Positions 11,690 to 20,923 are shown, numbered from the stretch's first letter. The stretch is 64,000 nucleotides of DNA from Pseudomonadota bacterium (GCA_052034395.1 JBPOIP010000030.1:25753-89752), one strand, 5' to 3'. Translations and numbers: made by a program. The notes: a model not told the origin generated them from the letters alone.

Positions 11690-12733
11690 TTACTTGAAGG
11701 CTATGGGCTTGCCAGAACCGTCCTTGATCTCGCCCCAGGCCTTTTCGATGGCGGCGATCACGGGCTTTGGCATGGGCACATAGTCCAGGTCTGCAGCGGT
11801 CTTTTCGCCGTTGGCATATGCCCAGCTAAAGAACTTCAACACTTCGGTCGCATTGGCAGGCTTGTCCTGCTTCGTATGCATCAACACAAAGGTGGCTCCA
11901 GAAATTGGCCAGGCGTCCTTGCCGGGCTGGTTTGTCAGAATCTGATAAAAAGACTTGGCCCAATCCGCACCAGCGGCCGCGGCTTTGAACGAGTCATCTT
12001 CCGGCTTGACGAAATTGCCGGCAGAGTTCTGCACGGTGGCATAGGTCATTTTGTTTTGCTTGACATAGGAATACTCTACGTATCCCATGGAATTTGGCAG
12101 GCGACCCACAAACGCTGCAACGCCCTCATTGCCTTTGCCACCAGCACCAACCGGCCAGTTGACGGCAGTACCCTCGCCTACCTTGGACTTCCACTCCGGG
12201 CTAATCTTGCTCAGGTAGTTGGTAAAGATAAAGGTCGTACCGGAACCATCAGCGCGGCGAACCTGCGCAATGGCGGCGTCTGGCAAAGCCAAAGTCGGGT
12301 TCAGGGCCTTCAGGGCCGGGTCATTCCAGCGCGAAATCTTGCCCAAGTAGATGTCAGCCAAAAGGGTGCCTGTCAACTTCAGTTGTCCAGGCTCAATACC
12401 CTTGACATTGATCACCGGAACAACGCCACCCATCACCGTTGGAAACTGCATTTGCCCTTTGGTCTTCAGCACTTCATCTGTTTGCGGCATGTCCGAAGCG
12501 CCAAAGTCCACTGTATTGGAGTCGATCTGCTTGATACCGCCACCTGAGCCGATGGACTGGTAATTGACCTTGACCTTGGTCGCCTTGTTGTAATCAGCTG
12601 CCCATTTGGAATAGATCGGCGCCGGGAAAGTCGCACCGGCACCGGTGATTTCCTGGGCGCCAGCGGCACCCGCAAAACCCAATGTTGATACGACCGCCAG
12701 GGACAGGAGTGGGAGTTTGAAAGTGATTCGCAT
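11690..12733 (-). CDS. pstS: Phosphate-binding protein PstS
   Basis: Signal peptide, GAGATFPAP, YQSIGSGGG, RADGSGTT. Confidence 0.97.
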   Translation of the reverse strand: MRITFKLPLLSLAVVSTLGFAGAAGAQEITGAGATFPAPIYSKWAADYNKATKVKVNYQSIGSGGGIKQIDSNTVDFGASDMPQTDEVLKTKGQMQFPTVMGGVVPVINVKGIEPGQLKLTGTLLADIYLGKISRWNDPALKALNPTLALPDAAIAQVRRADGSGTTFIFTNYLSKISPEWKSKVGEGTAVNWPVGAGGKGNEGVAAFVGRLPNSMGYVEYSYVKQNKMTYATVQNSAGNFVKPEDDSFKAAAAGADWAKSFYQILTNQPGKDAWPISGATFVLMHTKQDKPANATEVLKFFSWAYANGEKTAADLDYVPMPKPVIAAIEKAWGEIKDGSGKPIAFK

Positions 12734-12786
12734 GGATAACCTTTAGTTCGGTTGATTGAGGAATGAAAGGACTTTAAGAAAGTAAT

Positions 12787-12804
12787 GTGACAGCTATGTG
12801 ACAA
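12787..12804 (-). promoter_or_regulatory. Pho box of the pstS promoter
   Basis: Minus strand TTGTCAC-ATAG-CTGTCAC, then 10 nt, then TAAAGT (12771-12776). Confidence 0.85.
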
Positions 12805-12887
12805 ACCCATACAAATTGAGATACCCCTCGAAATGCAGCAAGGCATCAGTTCACCAGGCAACTGTGTTCAATTGACCCTTCATGGAA

Positions 12888-12905
12888 CTGTCACACGCCT
12901 GTCAC
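12888..12905 (+). promoter_or_regulatory. Pho box upstream of the fasciclin gene
   Basis: CTGTCAC-ACGC-CTGTCAC, then 10 nt, then TACGCT (12916-12921). Confidence 0.8.
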
Positions 12906-12954
12906 AAGAGGCTCTTACGCTTTGATGCTTTCAACCCCAACGATGGAACGCACC

Positions 12955-13455
12955 ATGTCACTGTTCAATGTTTCTACACCTTCCCGCCGTGCCGCTCTGG
13001 TCGCAGGTCTTGTCCTTTCATTGGCCGGCTGCGCAACGCCTTCCGGCCCGGTCAGCCTGGCAGACACCATCGCCGCCAACCCGTCCCTCAGCACCCTGAA
13101 CGAATTGGTTATCAAAGCCGGGCTCACCGACACACTGAAGACCGGTGGCCCGTTCACCGTGTTTGCACCTACCAACGACGCCTTCAAGGCCGTACCCGCT
13201 GCCGCCATGGCTGACCTGGCACAGCATCCCGACAAGCTCAAAGCGGTGCTGACCTACCACGTCATTCCCGGAAAGACCATGGCAGCCGACGTCAAGAACA
13301 GCAACGTCAAGACGGTCAATGGCGCCAATCTGGCTTTGGCGAAGGCAGGTGATTTTGTAACGGTCGAAAGCGGTGCGGTCGTGGCTTCCAACCTGGTCGC
13401 AACAAACGGCGTCATCCACACGGTGGACACGGTGCTGATGCCTCCCAAGAAGTAA
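12955..13455 (+). CDS. Fasciclin (FAS1) domain lipoprotein
   Basis: Lipobox LAGC; GPFTVFAPTNDAF and ATNGVIHTVDTVL FAS1 motifs. Confidence 0.9.
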   Translation: MSLFNVSTPSRRAALVAGLVLSLAGCATPSGPVSLADTIAANPSLSTLNELVIKAGLTDTLKTGGPFTVFAPTNDAFKAVPAAAMADLAQHPDKLKAVLTYHVIPGKTMAADVKNSNVKTVNGANLALAKAGDFVTVESGAVVASNLVATNGVIHTVDTVLMPPKK

Positions 13456-13467
13456 GACATCCAATGC

Positions 13468-13498
13468 ATTCCTTACCCCCTTTGCGGGGGCAAGGAAT
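13468..13498. terminator. Hairpin after the fasciclin gene
   Basis: ATTCCTT-A-CCCCC...GGGGG-C-AAGGAAT; no clear U tract. Confidence 0.45.
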
Positions 13499-13549
13499 CA
13501 TGCTTCATAACGAAAAGCTCCACCATCCCTTTCTGACATTACATACATA

Positions 13550-13566
13550 GCTATGTTTTTCATAGC
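13550..13566. repeat. GCTAT-N7-ATAGC intergenic palindrome, copy 1
   Basis: GCTAT GTTTTTC ATAGC. Confidence 0.6.
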
Positions 13567-13617
13567 ACTACCCAGATTTTGCATCCAAAGTATCGCCAAA
13601 ACCCAGCGCCAGCGCCC

Positions 13618-14763
13618 ATGACCCACCCACACCATCCCAACCGGCGGCAGTCGCTGCATGCTTTGCTCGGGCTCGGCGTGGCAGTTGCCACGCCCGGGTG
13701 GGCACAGTCGCCCAGGGCTTCTGCAAGCGCCCGGACTTTGACCGTGGCACAAGTGGTGGACATGTCAACAGCCCAGGTTGATGTTTCCAAGGACTTTGTG
13801 GTTGGATCGCGCACAGCCTGGCAAGAGATCAACGCAAAAGGTGGCGTTCAGGGATCACCTGTGAAACACCTTGTGATCGAAGTGGATGGCAGTGTGGCGG
13901 GTTTGCGCGTGGCACTGGAGAGCTTGAAGTCCGAGCCGCACGTTGTTGCGGTGTTTGGCACCGCTGGCGATCGAACTGCAACCCAGTTCGCGACCGCCCT
14001 GCGCCGTGAATTGCCGGACATGCCCCATGTTGCACCATGGCTGCATAACGTCGACGCCATTACATCAACGAACACTTTTCCGATTTTCGCGTCCCGACAG
14101 GAACAGATCGCGCACGCGATCAAGTCACTGTCGGTCATGGGGATTACGCAGGTAGGTACCGTATACGGATCTGCCGCAGAGTTTGCCGTCTACCGGCGAG
14201 ACCTGGAACAGATTGCGCGATCCTTGAAACTTGCTGTCACACCGTACTACACCGAAGGGGATTTGCGGGACCTCGCACAAACCCTCACGCCAGAGAGCCC
14301 CAGGGTGCTCCTGTTTGTGGGTGGCACACCCGAACTGGTTCGCTTTGCGCAGGGCGTGGAAAAGCAGGCCGCCCAGCGCTACCTGATTGCCATGTCCGAC
14401 GTCAACCTGCAAAGCATTCAGCAGCTGGGCGCTTCCCGGTTTACCCCGATGATTGCAACCCAGGTCGTGCCCATGGTCAATTCCAGCCTGCCACTCGTCA
14501 AGGGGTACCGCGTCGCGCTCGGACGGCTGTTTGACGAGCCCCCAACCCCCTTGAGCCTGGCAGGCTACGTGTCCGCACGCTACACCTTTGAAGTCATGCA
14601 GGGCATTGACGGCCCGGTGACGCGTCAGACTGCTTTGCAAGCCTTTGGCCGACGCAGCACGATAGACCTTGGCGGCTTTCGCATTGCTCCGGACGCCAGG
14701 TACCAGGGAACAGCCTTCGTAACCCAAAGCATGGTGGCGGCCGATGGCCGTCTGGTCGGTTGA
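13618..14763 (+). CDS. Orphan periplasmic binding protein (type 1, Leu/Ile/Val-binding-like), probable Tat substrate
   Basis: NRRQSLHALLGLG twin-arginine signal; AWQEINAKGGVQG motif typical of PBP1 proteins. Confidence 0.75.
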   Translation: MTHPHHPNRRQSLHALLGLGVAVATPGWAQSPRASASARTLTVAQVVDMSTAQVDVSKDFVVGSRTAWQEINAKGGVQGSPVKHLVIEVDGSVAGLRVALESLKSEPHVVAVFGTAGDRTATQFATALRRELPDMPHVAPWLHNVDAITSTNTFPIFASRQEQIAHAIKSLSVMGITQVGTVYGSAAEFAVYRRDLEQIARSLKLAVTPYYTEGDLRDLAQTLTPESPRVLLFVGGTPELVRFAQGVEKQAAQRYLIAMSDVNLQSIQQLGASRFTPMIATQVVPMVNSSLPLVKGYRVALGRLFDEPPTPLSLAGYVSARYTFEVMQGIDGPVTRQTALQAFGRRSTIDLGGFRIAPDARYQGTAFVTQSMVAADGRLVG

Positions 14764-14846
14764 CCCAGCAGCAACTGACCAAGCGAAGGGCAAGCAGCCG
14801 GTGCTATGCTCTGGCGCTACCTCCATCTTCCAAAAATAAAGAAACA

Positions 14847-16355
14847 ATGCCAATGGGAACTCGCCTGGCCGCTGTCGATTTGGGCTCGAACAGCTTTCGT
14901 CTGGAAATTGGGCGCATTGAGCACGGCGCCTTTCAACGCACGGAATACCTGAAAGAAACCGTCCGCCAGGGCGGGGGCCTGGACGAAAACCGCAATCTGA
15001 CGCCCGCCGCCATGCAAAACGGCTGGGACTGCCTGGCCCGGTTCGGCGAGCGCCTGGCCGGGTTTCAGCCTGGCGAAGTGCGGGCAGTGGCGACTCAAAC
15101 ACTGCGTGAAGCACGCAACCGCGATGCTTTCTTGCTGCGGGCAAACACCATTCTGGGCTTCCCTATCAACGTCATTTCGGGTCGTGAGGAAGCACGGCTG
15201 ATTTACCAGGGTGTGGCGCAGATGCTGCCGCAGTCCGACGAACGCCGGGTTGTCATTGACATTGGCGGGCGGTCAACCGAACTGATTCTGGGAAAGGGAT
15301 CAACGCCCCTGGTCATGGAATCGTACCGGGTGGGCAGCATTGCATGGTCAAACCGCTACTTCCCCGATGGTCAATTCACCAAAAAATCTTTCGCCATTGC
15401 GGAAATTGCCGCGAAGGCCGTTCTGGACGAAGCACTGGACGCTTACCATCCAAGCCTCTGGGATACAGCATACGGCTCTGCCGGAACGGTCAGTGCCGTT
15501 GCAGACGTGCTTGTTGCGAGTGGATGGCCAGCCGGGTCCGTGACGCAGGATGGTCTGGATTGGCTGATGGACAAGCTGATCGCAGCGCAAAGCACCGATC
15601 GGCTGCGACTGGCCGGCATGCGCGAAGACCGCAAGGCCATCATTGGCGGCGGCGTGAGTATCGTGCGGGCACTATTCAGCCTGTTAGGCATCAAAACCTT
15701 GCATCAGGCAGCCGGCGGCTTGCGCCACGGCCTGATCTGCGATTTGCTGGGTGCGTCCAGTCAGGATGACGATTTGCGCGCCCTGACCGTTCAGCGGCTG
15801 GCCAGCAAGTTTGGCGCCGATGCGACCCATGGCGAGCGCGTTGGCAAAGTCGCCGCCCAGTTGTTTGGGCAACTGGTGGCCTCACCCAACAAGTTGGCAC
15901 CTACGCAAGCCAGCCGACTCTTGCAGAAGCTGCAATGGGCCGCGCAACTGCACGAGATCGGCAGCCACATTTCACACAGCGACTACCACAAGCACGGCGC
16001 CTACATTCTCGACAACGCAGATGCCATGGGGTTTTCACTCTCGGAAATGCATCGCCTGAGCGTTCTGGTATTAGGGCACCGCGGCAAGCTGCGCAAGATC
16101 GAAGCGGAACTGGAAGAGCCCGACCTGGCAGCACAGCTTGTAGCGCTGCGCCTGGCAGTCATTCTGAGTCATGCCCGGCGCGACCCGGACCTGAATGGGC
16201 TGACCCTCACGCACACCGATGCGCAAGGGCGCAATATGCAATTGCGATGCCGTGCCGGATGGGCGGAAGCTTTTCCGCAATCAGCCTACCTGTTGCGTGA
16301 AGAAGCGCAGGCCTGGCAGAAAACTGCCTGGTCACTCGAAGTAACAGGTTGTTAA
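14847..16355 (+). CDS. ppx: Exopolyphosphatase (Ppx/GppA family)
   Basis: AAVDLGSNSFRL, ISGREEARL, DIGGRSTE, AAQLHEIG HD-like region. Confidence 0.93.
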   Translation: MPMGTRLAAVDLGSNSFRLEIGRIEHGAFQRTEYLKETVRQGGGLDENRNLTPAAMQNGWDCLARFGERLAGFQPGEVRAVATQTLREARNRDAFLLRANTILGFPINVISGREEARLIYQGVAQMLPQSDERRVVIDIGGRSTELILGKGSTPLVMESYRVGSIAWSNRYFPDGQFTKKSFAIAEIAAKAVLDEALDAYHPSLWDTAYGSAGTVSAVADVLVASGWPAGSVTQDGLDWLMDKLIAAQSTDRLRLAGMREDRKAIIGGGVSIVRALFSLLGIKTLHQAAGGLRHGLICDLLGASSQDDDLRALTVQRLASKFGADATHGERVGKVAAQLFGQLVASPNKLAPTQASRLLQKLQWAAQLHEIGSHISHSDYHKHGAYILDNADAMGFSLSEMHRLSVLVLGHRGKLRKIEAELEEPDLAAQLVALRLAVILSHARRDPDLNGLTLTHTDAQGRNMQLRCRAGWAEAFPQSAYLLREEAQAWQKTAWSLEVTGC

Positions 16356-16421
16356 GGCGGCAAAAACCGTTATCCGGGCCGCACTGGCTCAATATAGAGT
16401 CCCGCACGAGATGGCGAAAAT

Positions 16422-16438
16422 GCTATTGGTTTTATAGC
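16422..16438. repeat. GCTAT-N7-ATAGC intergenic palindrome, copy 2
   Basis: GCTAT TGGTTTT ATAGC followed by GCCC...GGGC. Confidence 0.6.
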
Positions 16439-16736
16439 TAACTATGCCCATTCCATAAGGGCTATTGCCTACTTTATGCGTGAACTTTAGTCGATCGGGC
16501 TCTCCATACTCGGCAACATGCCACCCCGCAACACGACGACGCGATGGCACACGCAGCATCAACCGAAAACTGGCCCGCCCGCAAACGCTTTGGCGCATCA
16601 GGAAAACGCAGGCACAGAAAGTCGACGACCTCGCCATCGCGATTTTTGGGCACTTCACCCAGGAACGCTATTTTGGAAGGCGCTGTGGCATTGCGCCGCA
16701 TAGATGAACTGGCCAATGATTCGAATGGCCCGATAC

Positions 16737-16774
16737 GGCAGTTCGGGGAAAGTAATAAAACAACCCGAACTGCC
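16737..16774. terminator. Hairpin between converging ppx and corA-like gene
   Basis: GGCAGTTCGGG...CCCGAACTGCC 11-bp stem with AT-rich loop. Confidence 0.6.
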
Positions 16775-16781
16775 TTTCCAG

Positions 16782-18086
16782 TCACCGCGTGGCACGGGGC
16801 CGCGACTGCCGTGTCTCAAAATGCTTAAGCGCGAAATAAGTCAGAGCACCCACCAACACCGCGCCCAGCAAAAAGCTTCCAAAAGCCAGGGGCCACGGAA
16901 CGCCCTGGGTCATCATTGAAAACTCTGACATACCTCCCACCCCGGCCAAAATGTTGATGGGCATGAACACCACACCAAACACGGTCAGCTGGTTGACCCG
17001 CTTGTTCTGGTTGATGTTGATAAAGCCAATTGTTGCGTCCATCAGAAAATTGATCTTGTCGAACAGAAACGACGTGTGACTGTTCAAGGATTCAATGTTC
17101 TGCAAGATCTGCCGGGCATCGTCAATCTGGCCAGGCGACAATATCTTGCAGCGAATCAAGAAAAGGATGGCGCGTTGCGTGTCCAGAATATTGCTCCGGA
17201 TGCGGCCATTCAAATCCTCTTCCTCGGCAATGTCACCCAGTATGGCGGCCGCCTCCCGGTCGCTGATGGCTTCACTCAAGACCTGACGCCCCACCTTGCC
17301 CAGTGTGGTGTAGATGTCCTCCAGTGAATCGGCCGAGTACTCAACATCGGCGCCGTATAGATCCATCAGCAAGTCGTTGCAATCCGACGCGTAGCCTGGT
17401 TGTGTGGCGGCTCGTCGGCGCTGCAACCGGAACACCGGCAGGTCTTCGTTGCGAAGGGAGAACAATATGCCGGCATGGACGATGAAGACCACCGGCACGC
17501 TGCGCGAATTGCCCTCGCGGTCAAGCAGGAAGTTGGAGTGCAGATAGACATCACCGTTGGCTTCCACGTGGAACCGTGTGCTGACTTCCAGATCGGTGAT
17601 TTCGCCGGGATCGGGCAGTGCCAGACCAAAATGGGCACCTACAAAGCTGCGCTCGGCTCTGGTTGCGTTGATGAGATCGATCCAGACCGGTCGAATACCC
17701 TCGAGATCTTTGCGGCTGTCGATGGCAACCTGTTGCAGCCGGCCGTCCCGCACTTCAAAAGCACTGATCTGTGTCGCATCAAATGCCGGCTCACGGTTAC
17801 CAACCAGCCGCTCCCGGCACGCGTCAGACACCTCCCACAGGATTTCGTTCTGACGACCTTCAGGCACCTGCTGCCAGAACAGGGCGGCGTCCGGGTGCGG
17901 CAATGCCTCCAGAATGGCACCGATTTCTTCGGATGGTGTTTGGGCGATGAAGTTCTGCAACTCGGCTGAGTGCTGTTTTTGCACCAGCGTTTCAATCATC
18001 TCGTGGCGCGGCATGGTTTGCCCGTGGATCATCCCCTCCACGCGCCGCTGCTTTCGCAGCATCTCCGAGACTTTTTCCATCGACAT
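16782..18086 (-). CDS. corA: CorA-family Mg2+/Co2+ transporter with an MgtE_N-like N-terminal extension
   Basis: WIDLINAT, LEVSTRF, FLFDKINFLMDATIGFININQN, two C-terminal TM helices with GGMSEF; N-terminal EIGAILEALP...EILWEVSD; GGAG RBS before ATG 18086. Confidence 0.85.
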   Translation of the reverse strand: MSMEKVSEMLRKQRRVEGMIHGQTMPRHEMIETLVQKQHSAELQNFIAQTPSEEIGAILEALPHPDAALFWQQVPEGRQNEILWEVSDACRERLVGNREPAFDATQISAFEVRDGRLQQVAIDSRKDLEGIRPVWIDLINATRAERSFVGAHFGLALPDPGEITDLEVSTRFHVEANGDVYLHSNFLLDREGNSRSVPVVFIVHAGILFSLRNEDLPVFRLQRRRAATQPGYASDCNDLLMDLYGADVEYSADSLEDIYTTLGKVGRQVLSEAISDREAAAILGDIAEEEDLNGRIRSNILDTQRAILFLIRCKILSPGQIDDARQILQNIESLNSHTSFLFDKINFLMDATIGFININQNKRVNQLTVFGVVFMPINILAGVGGMSEFSMMTQGVPWPLAFGSFLLGAVLVGALTYFALKHFETRQSRPRATR

Positions 18087-18237
18087 CCTGATTGCTCCGC
18101 TGGTTGCTTGTTGTCCATTGCATGAATAGACCAAGGAAAGGTGCCTACTGCCTGATTACATGCAATTGCAACGCAATGTCACATATTTGAAACCAGGCCC
18201 AAACACAATCGATACATTCCACTGTAGAAGCTTGTTC

Positions 18238-18498
18238 ATGTACAAAACCGACACCTCAGAAATTTCAGGTACTGGCTTGCGCTACGTATCAAAACAAGGC
18301 GGATCACCATTTCAGGGCGCGGGGAGCACAGGCGAAACAATCAGCTGCATCAAGTGCGGCAAACATCGGCTGAGAACGCGCGGATCCGTCAAACGCTACC
18401 TGAATTCGTTGCTGTTCTTCTGTTTTGACTGCAAACCAGAAAAGCCTGCCGTCATTCAGAAGATCCGTCCATCGGATCCTTCAACGATTTCCGTTTAG
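18238..18498 (+). CDS. Small hypothetical protein with C4 Zn-finger-like motif
   Basis: 86 aa; SCIKCGKHR...FFCFDCK; GLRY..K.GGSPF N-terminal block. Confidence 0.65.
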   Translation: MYKTDTSEISGTGLRYVSKQGGSPFQGAGSTGETISCIKCGKHRLRTRGSVKRYLNSLLFFCFDCKPEKPAVIQKIRPSDPSTISV

Positions 18499-20410
18499 CC
18501 GGTTCTTTTCCGCTCCAGGACTGCAACGCCCGAAGCAGTGAGCGCTTTTTCACCTGATGGCGACCCATGCGCCGCAAGATATCGTCCAGGGTACGGATCG
18601 CATCGGTTATGTACGGCCCTTTGTTCAGCATCACGCACTCGGCCCGAACACCCAGACCCGCATCCGATATCTCAGCCCGCGACGGCACGCCAGTCTTGGC
18701 CAGCGTCTCCAGAACCTGGGTCGCCCAGATCACAGGCATGTGGGCCGCTTCAGCGCACCAGAGTATCTCTTCCTGCACTTCGGCCAGACGCTCATAGCCA
18801 CATTCCACAGCAAGGTCGCCCCGGGCGATCATCACACCCGCACAGCCGCCTGACATGGCCGCCAGCATGAGTTCAGGCAGATTCTCGAAACCCCGGATCG
18901 TTTCAATCTTCAGGACAATTCCAATGTCATTGCGCCCCAAGCGCGCCAGGTGTTCACGCAACTGGTACACATCATCCGCGCGCTGCACAAAGGAAAGCCC
19001 CACCATGTCCGCCTCCTTCACAACGGCTTCAAGGTCCTGCAGGTCTTTCTCGGTCAATGCAGGCAAGTCCAGTTCGCTGTCGGGGAAATTGATGCCTTTG
19101 TCTCCGGTCAGCTTTTCACCCCCTTCGCGCGCCTGCGTAATCTCGACTTCCAACCCGTCCTGCGCAACCTTGCGGATGACACCACCAATCTTGCCGTCGT
19201 CAAACCACATGCGCTCACCAACACAGACCTGATCAATGACTTGTGGCAACGTGCAGGCAATATGCGCCATCTCCCTGCTTACGCTGCCGGAAACCCCGTC
19301 AACCGCAGCAGCATTTCCAAGACCACCGCGGGTCACCCGGATGTGATCGCCCAGATGGAGATGAAGCGATCCGGGCAAGCTTTCGATTTGCCCTGGCAAA
19401 GTCACGCGCCACTTTTTCCCTTCGTGCCCGTGAATGGTCAATTGTGTTTCGGGCGTGAGATAGGCCGTCTGCACGCTCTCGGCAACCGCACTGGTTTCAT
19501 CACGCTGAACCACCAGCAAATGCCGCTTGGCGCCTCGGGCGTCCAGAAAGTCAATTTGCGTTCCCGCCTCAAGGCGTGCCAGCCATTTGCTTTCGACGCC
19601 AATACATCCGTCCACGTTTGGCATGCGCGCCACTGCTGGATCTGAGACCATTCCCAACCGGTAGGGCTTGTAAGGACGGCCAAACTCGTCTTTCTGGGGA
19701 CGCATGCGCAGCACGGCCGGCTTTGGCGTCACGTCCCCGGTTCTGATTTTTGGCCCTCCCAAGTCCATGAGAATGCGCACCTTGCGTTGCACCGACTTGG
19801 CGGCACGGCGCACATTCTGTGCAATGGCCGTCCAGGCTTGGGCATCATCGTGCGCGCAGTTGATACGTGCAATGTCCATTCCCGCCTCAACCAACTCCCG
19901 GGCGACGTGGTAGTCCGTGGCGGCGTTGGAAGGCATTGTGACCATGATGCGCACCGACCGCCCAGAGGGGCTGCTTCCCAGCAAATCGACGCTGTGATCC
20001 TGAAGCAAGCGCCGGCTGCTGACGCTTCCCGCCGGTTCCTCTGCGGACTTGTCCAGCCAATCCTGGCCCGTGAGGCAATGCAGTATTCCCAGAACTTTGT
20101 CCAGATTGGCCAACACATGGGACTCAGAACGTCCCAGTGATGAGAGTCCCAACCAGGCCAGTTGTTCCTGCAATGGCCTGAGGTCATGCACACGCAGCGC
20201 CAGGTAATGGATGAGGTTTCGCGCACTCACCTGATACTTTTGGGACACGCGCGAAAGTGCGGTATGCATCTGCCCTTCACGTGCGTGCATCGACTGTCGC
20301 AACAGCTGAAGCTCTTCAATGAGCGAAAGACAGACCTTCTCGCGCGAGACGGTCGCCGATGGCTTGCTTGAAACGGTGCGTTTGGGCTGACGTGGTTTGC
20401 TGTTGATCAT
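18452..20410 (-). CDS. pyk: Atypical long pyruvate kinase-family protein
   Basis: RIMVTMP, ARINCAH, GPKIRTG, KGINFP, KIET, VMIARGDLAVE, ATQVLE, RAEISDA. Confidence 0.85.
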   Translation of the reverse strand: MINSKPRQPKRTVSSKPSATVSREKVCLSLIEELQLLRQSMHAREGQMHTALSRVSQKYQVSARNLIHYLALRVHDLRPLQEQLAWLGLSSLGRSESHVLANLDKVLGILHCLTGQDWLDKSAEEPAGSVSSRRLLQDHSVDLLGSSPSGRSVRIMVTMPSNAATDYHVARELVEAGMDIARINCAHDDAQAWTAIAQNVRRAAKSVQRKVRILMDLGGPKIRTGDVTPKPAVLRMRPQKDEFGRPYKPYRLGMVSDPAVARMPNVDGCIGVESKWLARLEAGTQIDFLDARGAKRHLLVVQRDETSAVAESVQTAYLTPETQLTIHGHEGKKWRVTLPGQIESLPGSLHLHLGDHIRVTRGGLGNAAAVDGVSGSVSREMAHIACTLPQVIDQVCVGERMWFDDGKIGGVIRKVAQDGLEVEITQAREGGEKLTGDKGINFPDSELDLPALTEKDLQDLEAVVKEADMVGLSFVQRADDVYQLREHLARLGRNDIGIVLKIETIRGFENLPELMLAAMSGGCAGVMIARGDLAVECGYERLAEVQEEILWCAEAAHMPVIWATQVLETLAKTGVPSRAEISDAGLGVRAECVMLNKGPYITDAIRTLDDILRRMGRHQVKKRSLLRALQSWSGKEPAKRKSLKDPMDGSSE

Positions 20411-20541
20411 CGTGCGATGATGGCACACGCATGCTGCAAATTTGTGACAAAGCGGTCGAGCAGTTCACCGCAGCAACCACGATTTGCTGTCAGATACAAA
20501 CCAGTTGGACGTTCAGGCCGCCCGGACAGAATTTTCCGGTT

Positions 20542-20757
20542 TCACGCCGGATGGTTGGTCAGGGCCTTCCAGCGATGATTGAACGATCGGCCAATTTCAC
20601 CGTGTCGGTGCACCGACCCACAACTGGTGGACCGGGAAACTTTCTCCGAGTAGGACTCAATTTCCGCCTGCAATTGCAGGACATGGGGATGATTCGCACC
20701 GAGCGCCACACCCAGTTTGTGGTGGAGCCGCTTTAAATTGCCAAGATGCTTCAGCAT
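20542..20757 (-). CDS. Small hypothetical protein, 71 aa
   Basis: GAGG RBS before ATG; MLKHLGNLKRLHHKLGVALGANHPHVLQLQAEIE reads as an amphipathic helical hairpin. Confidence 0.55.
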   Translation of the reverse strand: MLKHLGNLKRLHHKLGVALGANHPHVLQLQAEIESYSEKVSRSTSCGSVHRHGEIGRSFNHRWKALTNHPA

Positions 20758-20923
20758 ATATACCTCTGTGCACGTCAATCGCACCTGCGTGCAATCGATT
20801 GAACTGAAATCTGAGTGACCAGCCGTAGCATATACGGGTTTACCCTTAATCCTCACTTCCAATGAAAGATTTCAGTCGGCCACGCACTGTCGAAGACAGG
20901 ATGGCTCATTTAGACACTGTTTT

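Noticed and set aside
16474-16785. 103-aa Cys-rich ORF with a GTGA overlap onto the corA stop
   Set aside because: Its first codons run through the terminator-like hairpin at 16737-16774; no RBS or domain. Kept only within the unexplained-gap finding.
18165-18182. Possible Pho box upstream of the Zn-finger ORF
   Set aside because: Only one good half-site (ATGTCAC); the partner matches 3 of 7.
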